Origin: Eledone cirrhosa
Lineage: Eukaryota
NCBI GenBank assembly: GCA_964016885.1
Contig: OZ024743.1
Location: 124,124,001-124,188,000 of the forward strand
DNA: 64,000 bases
Direction of reading: 5' to 3'
The first letter of the stretch is position 1; every line of letters starts with the position of its first letter. Below are positions 12,702 through 25,544 of this stretch, one piece after another. Under the pieces are notes generated by a model. It saw nothing but the letters and a program-made list of their open reading frames with translations. It was not told the DNA's origin and did no database searches. The translations under genes and the position numbers were made by a program.

Positions 12702-14130
12702 TCGCTGCTTTCTGTCATGTATATGAAGAAATAGAAGGCAATAAAATGAAGAAAACAGAAAATAAATAATAAATAGAGAATAAATGAAAAATTAATGAAA
12801 AAGTAATGAAAAATGAAAATGAAAAATGAAAAATGAAGATTCAAATAAAATAAAATGTGTGTGTGCTATAACCAATCTCAAGGTCAGAAAGATGTTGGAT
12901 AAAGTGGTAGGAGGAACAAGATGGTAAAATAATAAAACGAAATAGGATAATCAAATAAAATGTGTGTGTGTGTTATAACCAATCTCAACTTAAATATAAA
13001 TATAAGGCGATAAAGTGAAGAAAACAGAAAACAAATAACAAATGAAAAATCAAAAATCAAAAATCAAAAATCAAAAATCAAAAATCAAAAATCAAGTAAA
13101 ATAAAATGTGTGAGTGTTATAAAGAAATTAGCCAAATTATAAAGGCTGTGTCAGAATCAATCTCTAGGCTATCATGGTGTCTGCTCAGCCTGGGTTGGTC
13201 CCTATGGCTTGAGGGGAGTTCCCAACCTATGGTGTTGTTACTGCCCATATAGCTTGAGGGAGGTATGGCCGAGAGGTGTCTACATGTTCTGGAGAAGTTC
13301 CTATAGCTTGAGGGGAATTCACATCTTATTGTGTTGCTACTGTCCATATATCTTGAGGAAGGTCCCGGCCCTGAGGTGTCTGCATGTCCCGAAGAAGTCG
13401 GTTCTGAGGTTTATCAGGCGGCTTCCACCTCTTAGTATCTCGAGTGTCTCGTTCAGACATAGTTTGCATATACCAGATCCCCCTTTATCGGGTGGTACTT
13501 TCCTGATTATGGACCAAACAAGAAAGCACGGGGTCCTGTCCAGCTTAAGCTTGCAGATCAGGTCGGAGAGAGCTGTACTTTTCCTTTTGGCCTCCTTATT
13601 GAAGGAATGGCGATGGTTATACCAACGGTCTTTAAAGCTTGTTTATGTGGCTCCTATGTAGAGGTGTTCGGAGTTGGGGGTTTTAACCCTACATCCGTAT
13701 ATTAGGTTCTTCTTAAGGCATTCATTACTAAGGGGGAATGATTCAGGGTTTCTGCAGTTGCAGAGGGTGGTCGACCTCTGCGTGCCTAGAGTGGGGTTCC
13801 CGTTATGTGTTACATGGTGGTCTTCCCCCGGGCACGGTGGGGGGTGACTGGGTCTGTTTGAATTTCTTGGGTGGGAACTGGGTCACCCCTTCTCTCTTTC
13901 CATATGGTTCTGCTGGGTGCTTGTATTGCCATCTTCTGGTTGTGTGTGGGTTTTAAGCCTACTCCTGTTGATGCTAGCTATGTGTTGGGCCAGATTTCTC
14001 GTGGTGGAATACGAGAGCTTCACAGTGTGTCTGTTGAAGATCTTGTGGTATCTATGGTCCCTCTGGAAGCATTTATCAAGTGCTCCAAAGAATGATCGGG
14101 CCAAGCTGTTCTTTAGGGACGCTGAGTAGG
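12702..14130 (-). mobile_element. 3' half of a second Hydra-like PLE (linker + GIY-YIG + 3' UTR)
   Basis: LDKCF..DHRYHKIFNRHTVKLSYS, CNCRNP, LIYGC...LYIGAT, RWYNHRHSF, STALS, WSII, CKLCLNE, CRH. Confidence 0.85.
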
Positions 14131-15217
14131 GTGGGTTGTACCACGTGATTTTTCTGCGTCTCCTCCTATATGGGTGGGTTGGGGGCGTCGTGAGATGTTG
14201 GAGATTTGTTGGGTTGCTGGTGGTTCCCGCATTGTTGCTACCCCTTTGGGTACTATGCGTTTTGCTATCTTCACGGCCCGAATCTGTGGGGTGGTTGTTG
14301 CCCGCGTTGAGAGATCCACCGTGGGGTGGTCCCCCGTTACCCCCCCCCCACGTGTCCTGCGGTTGGGGTCGTCGGGCCCGGGGTGGTTAGCATCACCCCT
14401 GAGACTGCTACTCATATTTTGGTTTCATCTCATGGTTAAGCGTACTCGTCACCAACGCTCGTGTGGTGGTGTCGGGCTCATGGTGCCTATTTGTTTCTGT
14501 TCTGCCTGTATTGCTAGCGTTCGCCCCCTTCCGGACAACGCGGGTGTGGGTGTCCGTTGGGCCATCCTCATCCCAGCGTTTCGGACTATATGTTATATTT
14601 TGGTCCGAATTTATATCGAATTTATGTAGCTTTTGTTTTGCTTGCTCCTTATTCTACGACTCCTCGCTACAATGACCTTACGGTTATTATCAACTATCGT
14701 CTGGAGGGGAGCCTTGTAGCGACTAGCGCCACCTTGCCCGTGGAGAAAAAAACTAATTGGAGTTACTTCCCGTTGAATTCTAGAAGATTCCTTGAACTTC
14801 CAGTAGGTCTAGGGATTATAAAGGAGGGAGAAAAGAGACATCTTAGCTTATTTGGCGACCGGCTCTCGGACAGTTCACTCACGAGCGAGTTTGTTAACCT
14901 TATTATATCTGTATCGAATTTAATTATATATATATATGTGTGTGTGTGTGTATACGTGCGCGTATGTGTGTGTATACGTTTTTATATATGTGAGTGTGTG
15001 TTTGTGTGTACATATATGGGTGCATATATATTTGTGTATATGTGTGTGTGTGTATGTTTATGTTCTGGATATTTATTTATATATTTTTTTCCCCTAAACC
15101 CCTTTTGCCCGTTTTTTCGGCCTCACTTTCATATTTCCTAAATTTTGTTTTCAAATCCATATTTAATAAAAACACCATGCTATTTATTCATTCTGAATAA
15201 ATATAAATATCTGCCTT

Positions 15218-15549
<332 letters not shown>

Positions 15550-15611
15550 AAAAGCCAAAAAATTTTGCTTTCAATAAAATATGTATATATATAATATAAT
15601 ATACATATATA

Positions 15612-15683
<72 letters not shown>

Positions 15684-15695
15684 AATGTATAGTCT

Positions 15696-15780
15696 TGCAC
15701 GCGCTGATGAACCATAGGCTATTCTATTTCAGTCAACAACTTCCTGGCGAAACAGATCTCTTTGGATTTGTACGCGTGTG
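15696..15780 (+). ncRNA. type I hammerhead ribozyme
   Basis: tgcacgcg CTGATGA a cca-30nt-tgg c GAAA cagatc-loop-gatttg TA cgcgtgtg. Confidence 0.8.
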
Positions 15781-16203
15781 TTATATAGTTATAGAGGTGC
15801 GTATATATATTTTAATTTATATTTTTAATTATTGTGCGTCTACCCTGCCTTCCATAGATTATAGACTCCATACACTGGTGGTTTTCCCTGTTTTATTGAT
15901 GGCACACTATCTCTCTCTAGTGTGTTACCTTTTCAACATATTGTATTTTAAAGAGCTCAGGATTCTTTTTCCTTTGAGCAGATTATTGACAGGGAATAAC
16001 GAGAGTCTATGGCTCCGTTAATTTATCGTGATATGTATATATATATATAAGCAAAAGAGATATTTAATTTGTTGGTAATTCAACAAATATATATATTTAT
16101 AACTGATTCGAAGCACTCGACAAGTTTCCTGGAGTATAATATCAATGATATTAATAAATGGAAATGGTTTTATAAATATAGTTTCCATTCATTAATATCA
16201 TTG

Positions 16204-16236
<33 letters not shown>

Positions 16237-16465
16237 CATACATATATATTGGAAAATATGTGAAATCCTTGGGTATATTTAAAAAAAGGAAGAGAATGAC
16301 TTCACTTGTAGTTCTAAACAATTTGATTTAATTTTATAATATTATGATTTGGTAGAACTAGTAAGTTCTTTGTCAACTTCGGTGGGAAGACTTTTAAAGA
16401 TTCCTGGTTAACTTTCCTGGAGAACTTTCTCGCATTCGGCGGTGGCGATTGTCAAACTGAGATCA

Positions 16466-16517
<52 letters not shown>

Positions 16518-16684
16518 AAAAAGAAATACACAGATACATGCGAATTCATACATATACATGCATATACACACATATATCCCTGAATTTGTGTGGTGCCAAC
16601 CTTAACCGTTGTTGCTCTATGATTAATAGGGACAAAGTAATCTGAATAAATTAGATTGACTCTATATCAGAGCTATATAATACA

Positions 16685-16797
16685 TTATAAAGAAAGAAGA
16701 GACATTAGACAAAAAAAAAAAAAAAAAAAAATAATAAAAAAAATTAATAAAAAAAATAAAAATTTATATTTTTTATTTATGTCTAATGTCTCTTTCT

Positions 16798-16803
<6 letters not shown>
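16685..16803. repeat. A/T-rich hairpin
   Basis: ttataaagaaag..agacattagaca (poly-A loop) tgtctaatgtctctttctttataa. Confidence 0.75.
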
Positions 16804-16871
<68 letters not shown>

Positions 16872-17007
16872 AAAGTTTTATTTAAAATTGTTGGGATACA
16901 ACAAGTAAATATTTTATAACTGATTAACTGATATAAAGCACTCGACAAGTTTTTGGAGTAGATATACGATATTAAATAAATGGAAACTATATTTATAAAA
17001 CCATATT

Positions 17008-17072
17008 TATTTCATTATACATATTTCAGGGATACCAAATTAAAATATGGTATGCCTTCATCAGACAAAATA
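17008..17072 (-). ncRNA. type I hammerhead ribozyme (mirror of 17266-17330)
   Basis: Reverse complement of 17266-17330. Confidence 0.72.
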
Positions 17073-17265
17073 CAATATATAAACAGTTTTATAAATAATT
17101 TTGACGTACTCCTTCTCTCTCTCCGTTTTTTCTTTCTCTCCGTCTTTTTCTAACTGTGCTTAACACTATAACTAATAAAATAATTATAAACATCTCACTA
17201 TCCAGACAGCTTCCAAAAATAATGGTAGGGTACGTCAAAATTATTATAAAACTGTTTATATATTG

Positions 17266-17330
17266 TATTTTGTCTGATGAAGGCATACCATATTTTAATT
17301 TGGTATCCCTGAAATATGTATAATGAAATA
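17266..17330 (+). ncRNA. type I hammerhead ribozyme
   Basis: tattttgt CTGATGA agg.atacca-loop-tggtat.cct GAAA tatgta TA atgaaata. Confidence 0.75.
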
Positions 17331-17370
17331 AATATGGTTTTATAAATATAGTTTCCATTTATTTAATATT

Positions 17371-17431
<61 letters not shown>

Positions 17432-17512
17432 AAAGGTAAACAGAAATAACACAATCAGTACAGTATATGGAAGGGATATATTAGGTTAACGCTTGATATA
17501 GCAGGAACAGGG

Positions 17513-17548
17513 TCTTAACGTTTCGGACGCTAGTCCTTCATCAGAAGA
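17513..17548 (-). ncRNA. minimal type I hammerhead ribozyme
   Basis: Reverse complement: tctt CTGATGA a ggac-tagc-gtcc GAAA cg TT aaga. Confidence 0.8.
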
Positions 17549-17858
17549 AAGAATGAGAAATAAGATAGATTGTGGGGACGGGCGGGTTGGAATTGGGGAA
17601 AATGTCTTTAGATAAAAATAACAGGTCCATTCATGTTGACATCTCTTACAAAACTGTTGGTGCTGGCGTTTTATCCAGGAAGTGTAACGAAGTTATTGTG
17701 CTCGTCACTATGCTCATCCCCTCACCTATCACACATGCCAAAACATTCCTCATAGCTAAACCACCAATCAAAACAATATAAATTGACCACCATATGAACA
17801 CGAAACGTAACAGGTATTTTTATGCTTTGTATATTCATTCTCTCATTACAACAGCAGA

Positions 17859-17943
17859 GGTCCGACGAGCTTTAGATTCCAGAGTCGGGCCAGATCAATA
17901 CAGATCGAACCTTGAGCTGATCAATAGCGAAACGCGCGTTACT
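17859..17943 (+). ncRNA. type I hammerhead ribozyme, CCGACGA core, long loop II
   Basis: ggt CCGACGA gct-54nt-agc GAAA cgcgcg TT act. Confidence 0.55.
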
Positions 17944-18516
17944 AATCAATAAACGTAATGAAGGCTTAACAAATCATCCTTGTATTATTGTTGTTGTTGG
18001 ATTTGAAATCCGAAATATAGGGACTATTAGATCGATTTCAAGGTAACTCTATCTTGTGTTATTATTTTTTACACTTTTCCTACATTCTGTTACGCTCCCT
18101 ACGTCTCTTTCTACGCTTCCTCTCTCAATATCACTTGATTTTGTTACCCGGAGATTTACCAATCTGCATTGATGAGGCTTCCAAAACGTCTATTTTTAAT
18201 ATATATATTTGTTTTGCAAGGTTTTTGATACGAAATCGTGTGTTGAAACAAATATTGTTATATTGCCAGAAATCATAATAAAACACACCCACTCTTTGGT
18301 TTTCGCTTCTGTATATTTTATATCCCTATAGTTAATTTAGCTGACATTCAATGTTTATCATATCGAAGTTTTTTTGTTAACCTTCATTGAACATTTTTCT
18401 GTCATGTCATAGCTTTTTCTTCACATCTAAACTATAATAAAGGAAGGTCTGAGGGATTGCGTCCAGTTTATTTTTTTATCCCGTTTGTAAAATAAGTTGG
18501 ATTACTTTGAATAAGT

Positions 18517-18703
18517 AATTGTTTCTACTCTTTGGCACAAGGCCAGCAATTACCCAGTGCATTACTGGTACTTTATTTTATCGACCCCGTAAGGATGAAA
18601 GGCAAAGTTAACCTCGGCGGGATTCGAACTCAGAATGGCAAGGGCCGTAACTCTATGCGTCAAAGCATGGCGTCCGACCCTCTACCGATAATGCCAATCC
18701 ACC
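18517..18703 (-). mobile_element. tRNA-derived SINE with Meta-like central domain (octopus type)
   Basis: Reverse complement has A-box ggattggca, B-box gagttcgaatccc and gttaactttgcctttcatcctt..ggggtcgataaa..agtaccag. Confidence 0.85.
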
Positions 18704-19055
18704 TAATGAATGAATATTACATAATTTATCTACTAAATTTCGTGGCTGTTCATTAAATATATTTTGTTTATTTAAAGATTCACTTCTTTAAAATTTCTGA
18801 AATATCAACACTTCCGGTGGCTATCGCTTAAATAAACATACTAATTTTCCGTCACTAATTTTCTCCTAATGCAGTTTATATATAATATCGTCTTTTTTAA
18901 TGTATCATGGATTACGTTACTGATTAAATAGGACAGTGTAACACAGTCTTCGTTCAATTTCTATGTATTATATATTGTCAATTACGATTTTATTTGATGT
19001 ATCATATCTACATGTATATATATTTGCGTATAATATCAATATACACACTACACAT

Positions 19056-19095
19056 GCTAGCAGAAAACCACCCGAAGGATGGTTTTTCTGCTAGT
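19056..19095. repeat. 40-nt hairpin
   Basis: gctagcagaaaacca cccgaagga tggtttttctgctagt. Confidence 0.7.
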
Positions 19096-19304
19096 ATCAC
19101 TAATTGCCAGTTGCTAGAATATGTATTCAGAGACAGATTTCAGAGGTCATTTTGCTAAAATCACTTTATAATTATTGAAAGCTCTAAATGTAATATGGCT
19201 TGCTTGGACTTGCATTTTCTGATCATTTTAGAGTGCAAAAAGCTAAACTAATCGCTACAACTAAATTGACCGAATTCTCCCCCCCCCCCTCAATCCAGAC
19301 CCCC

Positions 19305-19335
<31 letters not shown>

Positions 19336-19349
19336 ACATATATATATAA

Positions 19350-19545
19350 GAGGAAAAGAAAGAGAAAAAACACATCTAAGACCACATATAACAAAAGGCA
19401 AGCGAAATGGATGGAAAAACGAGCCGCTATCAGAGCAAAAGTTAAAAGTATCGCAAGGAGCACTGGGAAACCTCCAATAATTTTTAGGCAAGCCAGCATG
19501 CTCACAGCGTTACCTCGGATAATGGCGAGGCGATGCGCTGCGACA
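19350..19545 (-). mobile_element. CRE-like LINE extreme 3' end
   Basis: RLAIIRGNAVSMLACLK, homologous to ...HGNATSVLVCLK at 4135-4200. Confidence 0.6.
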
Positions 19546-19860
19546 ACCAAGCGCCCTCATGAGCATCACCAGTTATCTCTGTTAGGCGAGCCGCCGGTGA
19601 AGATCTTTATTTTTTCCTTTCCCTCTCCTTTGTATATATCATATTTGTTTGCGTTTTTTGTTCTGTAAACATTATATTATTATATTTTTATACAACTGTA
19701 AATATAATTAGAAGATAGAAGAACACAAATATATTCACATCTGTATTCAGATTATAAGGGACCAAAATTTGCTAGGTTGAACAGTATACTAACAATAAAC
19801 AAAACGGCCAGCTAGACTCAATTAAAAGAAAAAATTAAGAAAAAACAAACTGTTTGTGAC

Positions 19861-19999
<139 letters not shown>

Positions 20000-20107
20000 C
20001 TTCAGTGTGGTCTACCCTTGGTGCTAGTATCAATCTAAGGAGGCAGTCTGGAATATGTATTTATATGATATGTCTATGTTTATATACTACCAATAAAGAT
20101 TCTAACT

Positions 20108-20237
20108 TCATTGTTTCCTAAGAAGGCGTTCTGATCTAACCTATATATGAGGTCTGATAGTATACAGTTATATAACTGCTATAGATCAGACAATATGTCA
20201 ATATGATCAACCATCCGAAACGATCGTAAAACAATGA
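20108..20237 (+). ncRNA. hammerhead-like motif with ~90-nt stem II and altered core (CCTAAGA)
   Basis: tcattgttt CCTAAGA a gg...cc GAAA cgatcg TA aaacaatga; homologous to 26249-26390. Confidence 0.6.
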
Positions 20238-20355
20238 TATGAATAGGTAAATAACTCGACTTTGTTGTTATTATTTTCATTGTTAAATTAATACCTAATA
20301 TACATATACATATATATTATAAATAACAATCAAAGAGTTTTTAAGAACATTTAAT

Positions 20356-20402
20356 TACTAACGATCGTTTCATCCAAGCACAACGCCGAAATCATCGGAG
20401 CA
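20356..20402 (-). ncRNA. type I hammerhead ribozyme, CCGATGA core
   Basis: Reverse complement: tgct CCGATGA t ttcggc-loop-gcttgga t GAAA cgatcg TT agta. Confidence 0.6.
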
Positions 20403-20819
20403 TAAATCAAAAGTTAAAACACAGACAAACTTGTCAAAGAACATTCTGGGGATACTACATATTGGAAGAAAGCAAAAATAATAGATATTAACATTGATAT
20501 AAGAGAGGAAAGCAAGAAGCACAAGAAAAGCACAATCATATAAATATAATTAAGAATCATCAGGCAGAAGCAGTAAAAAACTTAAAAACAAGCTGGCATA
20601 AAAAAAACCGCTGCTGTAAGGAATTTAAGCATAATGCGAGGCATATCATATAATGATAAATTTACATACAACATAAGCATTACAACAGTCTATAAAAGCT
20701 AGTGCATGGATCAAATATAAATTTAAGAATGCAAAAAGACATCTTCAAAGTATATTTTTACTGTATATTTAATAAAAAGTTCAACTCCATCTTTCAGTCC
20801 TAAGTATATAGATAATCTA

Positions 20820-21790
20820 TTATACTTCATGGTGTCTTTAAAGTCTCTTTACAATTTAAAAAATATATTACGAAGGTAATTGATGAGATAGTTTAATCAG
20901 ACTTGCTCTATATACTCAGTAGTTATCAAAGTTTTTAATCAAATTTCATTTGTGTATTTCAGATATCCTGTTGATGAAAGAGGTACTGTTAAATAAACCC
21001 CTAAAAAATGGCTACTCCTCAAGAAAAGGCACAATGTCTGTAATGGTATATTGAAACAAAATCAGATACGCAGACTCGGCGAAACTATAGAACTAAGTAT
21101 GGAAGAGATCCACCGTCACGTCCGTCAATTAGTATATGATACAAGAAATTTATGGAGACAGGGACAGTGGTGGATAAGGGTAGGAGTGGACGACCAAGAA
21201 CATCTGAGGAAAATATCGATCGTATACAACAAGCTTTTCACCGTTCTCCTACAAAGTACATCCGTACTGCTGCCAGACAGTTACAGCGGCCATGTTCAAC
21301 AGTACAAAATGTCCTACACAAGAACTTGTGATTGTATGCTTACATAGTGCAACTCTTACAGGCACTCGAGCCAAATGATAAACCAAGACGAAAAGAGTTT
21401 GTAGTTAATATGCTGGAACGAATTTCCGAGGATGAAATGTTCCTCACCCGAGTTTGTTTTAGTGATGAGGAAACTGAACGCACATAATGTGAGAATCTGG
21501 AGATCAGAACAGCCCCATGTGACTAGGGAACTTCACCGAGATAGTCCAAAGGTGAATGTGTGGTGTGGGATCATGTGCAATTGAATCGTTGGTCCATTTT
21601 TCTTCAACGAGACATCAATTACTGCAAATGTTTACCTTGACCTTTTGATAACCATCATTTTCCAGCAAGATGGCGCACCACCACATTGGGGACTGCATAT
21701 TCGTGGGTTCCTAAATCAAACATTTCCAGACCGGTGGATTGGAAGGGATGGTTCAATTTCCTGGCCACCTAGTTCACCAGACATCCTAAC
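20820..21790 (+). mobile_element. degenerate Tc1/mariner-superfamily transposon (transposase from ATG ~21008)
   Basis: MATPQEKAQC...GRSGRPRTS...CFSDE...NVRIW...SPKVNVWCG...IVGPFFF...FQQDGAPPH...WPPSSPD, with stops and deletions. Confidence 0.9.
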
Positions 21791-22054
21791 TCTAACTGCT
21801 CCTTCTAGCAGTGAACCTACCTGCCATCCGGCCTACCCTTCACACCCTTCTACTTTCACCACGTGATGCTTCTCACCCCTTTTGAATTCATTTCTGGCGG
21901 CGATCACTTTAGAAATGTTAGTCCTAACTGAGGGAGTTTCTTGAGAAGTTCGAAGCCTCATGGATAATACCAGGATTGGACATATCCACAAAGTACGAGC
22001 GAAACTATCATAGTTGGGACTAGAAGAACTTTGGTAAAGTTTATATACATTTTT

Positions 22055-22312
22055 CTTCAAACTTGCATTTTAGACGACTTAGCTCCGTTGAATTGATTAT
22101 TTGTGTCTAGTTAATTTCTACGGGCTAAGAGGAAAGACTAGGTAAATTTTATCTGACTGTTCCTCACAGAGGATAGTCTGTGACATTTATCTGTTATTTC
22201 TTCAAAGTTACATTTTAAACTTAGCTCCGTTTAAATGATTATTTATCTAGTTAATTTCTGCGGACTAAGGAGAAGAAAAATTAGCTAAATTTTGTCTGAC
22301 TGTTCTTCAAAC
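22055..22312 (+). repeat. diverged direct repeat (~145-bp period)
   Basis: acttagctccgtt...tctagttaatttct...tctgactgttc occurs twice. Confidence 0.7.
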
Positions 22313-22313
22313 T

Positions 22314-22360
<47 letters not shown>

Positions 22361-22366
<6 letters not shown>

Positions 22367-22923
22367 ATAAATGCTCTGAAATAGCGATATATATGTGAGT
22401 ATAGACATAGAATATTCGAAAATATTCTGTATGTTTATAATAAACATTTTGAAGACCTAATCGCTATAGAATAGAATACGTCACGTATTACAATTAGATT
22501 CTTTATCGAGAATCTAATTGTAATACGTGACGTATTCTATTCTATAGCGATTAGGTCTTCAAAATGTTTATTATAAACATACAGAATATTTTCGAATATT
22601 CTATGTCTATACTCACATATATATCGCTATTTCAGAGCATTTATTCCAATTTCTAATTTCTGCCGGACCGGCAACCGCTCTTTCAAACCAGTTCCAGTAC
22701 ACAGCTAAGTATTCTATAAGTCTCTAGCTGTGTCATTCTCGATAAAAGCACTGGATATGTAGTCCTGATGAATTCTAACAAGAATGAAACGCGTAGATTA
22801 CTTCCCTTGCTTTTATCGAGAATCTAATTGTAATACGTGACGTATTCTATTCTATAGCGATTAGGTCTTCAAAATGTTTATTATAAACATACAGAATATT
22901 TTCGAATATTCTATGTCTATACT

Positions 22924-22927
<4 letters not shown>
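22361..22927 (+). mobile_element. ORF-less HHR element A: 310-nt monomer, ~1.4 tandem copies plus 141-bp inverted copy
   Basis: Palindrome 22361-22501 / 22510-22650; 22502-22617 repeated at 22812-22927; (TA)n on both flanks. Confidence 0.85.
22759..22801 (+). ncRNA. type I hammerhead ribozyme
   Basis: gtagtc CTGATGA attct-aaca-agaat GAAA cgcg TA gattac; enclosed by a perfect 16-bp helix 22735-22750 / 22808-22823. Confidence 0.9.
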
Positions 22928-22960
<33 letters not shown>

Positions 22961-22968
<8 letters not shown>

Positions 22969-24186
22969 AAGTGTAATGAATTCCTTTACAATGGAATTAG
23001 CTCGAAGAAGGAAATATTTCTGAGCCGTGTATAAACTAATATATATCATGAAACACAGATACCAACACATCTGTATTTATATTGCAAAAGAAAATTTAGC
23101 CAGAATGAAGTATACTAATTATTATACTACAGTTTGTCCATATCGATTTAAAATAATAAATCAACAAAGACGAACTGCATTGCCAAATGGCTATGATGTT
23201 TAGACACATTTAAATTTCAAAATCAAACCTGTTCCGTAGATAAGTTTAAACTTTAAAATCCAAATATGTTTCGAGATGAATAAGTGTAGGAATATCATGT
23301 CCTGCTCTCCTCAGTAAACATCCAGGGACAAATTGATATGCTTCACTTCTAAATAATTTAAAAGACTGTGTAACGCACATGGTTTACAGTTTCTAGCTAG
23401 TCTCATAACCGTACTGCTAGAAATAACAGTCGTATATATGAGGATTTTAAAGTTTAAACTTATCTACGGAACAGGTTTGATTTTGAAATTTAAATGTGTC
23501 TAAACATCATAGCCATTTGGCAATGCAGTTCGTCTTTGTTGATTTATTATTTTAAATCGATATGGACAAACTGTAGTATAATAATTAGTATACTTCATTC
23601 TGGCTAAATTTTCTTTTGCAATATAAATACAGATGTGTTGGTATCTGTGTTTCATGATATATATTAGTTTATACACGGCTCAGAAATATTTCCTTCTTCG
23701 AGCTAATTCCATTGTAAAGGAATTCATTACACTTAATAATATAACTGCTCCTAGGCTGAACTGAACGTTGCCTCATATATACGACTGTTATTTCTAGCAG
23801 TACGGTTATGAGACTAGCTAGAAACTGTAAACCATGTGCGTTACACAGTCTTTTAAATTATTTAGAAGTGAAGCATATCAATTTGTCCCTGGATGTTTAC
23901 TGAGGAGAGCAGGACATGATATTCCTACACTCATTCATCTCGAAACATATTTGGATTTTAAAGTTTAAACTTATCTACGGAACAGGTTTGATTTTGAAAT
24001 TTAAATGTGTCTAAACATCATAGCCATTTGGCAATGAAGTTCGTCTTTGTTGATTTATTATTTTAAATCGATATGGACAAACTGTAGTATAATAATTAGT
24101 ATACTTCATTCTGGCTAAATTTTCTTTTGCAATATAAATACAGATGTGTTGGTATCTGTGTTTCATCATATATATTAGTTTATATA
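22961..24186 (+). mobile_element. ORF-less HHR element B: 511-nt monomer, ~1.5 tandem copies preceded by a near-complete inverted copy
   Basis: 22961-23443 is the reverse complement of the unit; ggattttaaagtttaaac occurs at 23442 and 23953. Confidence 0.85.
23895..23956 (+). ncRNA. type I hammerhead ribozyme (mirror copy at ~23258-23319, minus)
   Basis: gttta CTGAGGA gag-29nt-ctc GAAA cata TT tggat; stem I is weak (G-U rich). Confidence 0.6.
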
Positions 24187-24586
24187 TATATAACAAGGCA
24201 AACTGTCCATTAAAAGGAAATTGCCTTGTTAATAACATAATATATAAATGTAAAGTTAACACTAAGGACTCTATTTATTCATATATAGGAGCTACCTCTA
24301 ACAATTTTAAGGTAAGACTTAATACCCACAAACATAGTTTTTAAAAATGCCGCACTAGCTAATACAATATCTCTAGCTGAAAAAATTAATAGTTATAGAA
24401 AGAGGAATATAGAATATGACCTGACCTGGAGTGTGCTCAAAAGGGCCACCCCTTATCAAAATAGTAGAAATGAATGTAGATTGTGTTCCCAAGAACTTTT
24501 CGAAATAATGAAATCTAAGGATATCCTATTAAATAAGCGACAGGAATTAATAATATCGTGTAATCATAAACTGAGAAAAACATTTA

Positions 24587-25100
24587 AATATTATAAACCT
24601 AATTAATATACACTTTAGAAATTAATATATAAATTAATTTTAATTTAGTTAACCTATAATTAATATTCTACTACAGATGAATTACAAAATTCTGCTTTAA
24701 ATATTATAAACCTAATTAATATACACTTTAGAAATTAATATATAAACTATTTTTAATTTAGTTAACATATAATTAATATTCTACTACTGATGAACTACAT
24801 AATGTGGCTTTCCTTCTTACAAATATAATTTCCTAAAACTGATACCATTAAGTAAACATATGTAATTATTTTTAATTTAGTTAACCTATAATTAATATTC
24901 TACTACTGATGAACTACATAATTCTGCTTTAAATATGATAAACCTAATTAATATACACCTTAGAAATTTAGATATAAACTATTTTTATTTTAGTTAACCT
25001 ATAATTAATATTCTACTAATGATGAACTACATAATTTGGCTCTCCTTCTTACAAATATCATTTCCTAAAACTGATACCATTAAGTAAACATATATAATGC
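24587..25100 (+). repeat. tandem ~113-120 bp reiterations starting at the ORF terminus
   Basis: aaatattataaacctaattaatatacac...ttagttaacctataattaatattctactac.gatgaa repeated 3-4 times. Confidence 0.85.
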
Positions 25101-25281
25101 TTTAACTTCAGGTTATGACTCTATGTTCCTTGAAACCTATATATATTTACTATTTCCCACTAATAAATTTAATCCCCCCCCCCCTAATAATTATATGTAT
25201 ATGTAAGTGTGGATGTGTGTGTATATAAGTGTGTATGTATGTATATGTGTATGTATGTGAGTGTAAAAATATATATATATG

Positions 25282-25332
<51 letters not shown>

Positions 25333-25352
25333 GTGTGTGTGTGTGTGTATGA

Positions 25353-25399
<47 letters not shown>

Positions 25400-25444
25400 T
25401 GTGTGTGTGTGTGTGTCTGTATGTATATGTACATGGGTATATGC

Positions 25445-25481
<37 letters not shown>

Positions 25482-25511
25482 GGTATATATTTGTGTGTGT
25501 ATGTGTATGTA

Positions 25512-25544
<33 letters not shown>

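Larger units (their letters stand above)
16972..17366. repeat. inverted repeat of an HHR-containing pLTR-like unit (16972-17094 / 17244-17366)
   Basis: taaataaatggaaactatatttataaaacc...aaacagttttataa is mirrored; related to 12241-12360. Confidence 0.9.

Noticed and set aside
14130-14920. GC-richer ORFs upstream of the minus-strand PLE fragment
   Set aside because: No recognisable motif; may be a low-complexity PLE linker or an unrelated insert, so left unassigned
24670-25030. CTGATGA in tandem repeats suggesting an HHR array or CRISPR-like array
   Set aside because: No matching GAAA/stem III or stem I; the units are wholly repeated with no unique spacers and no cas genes
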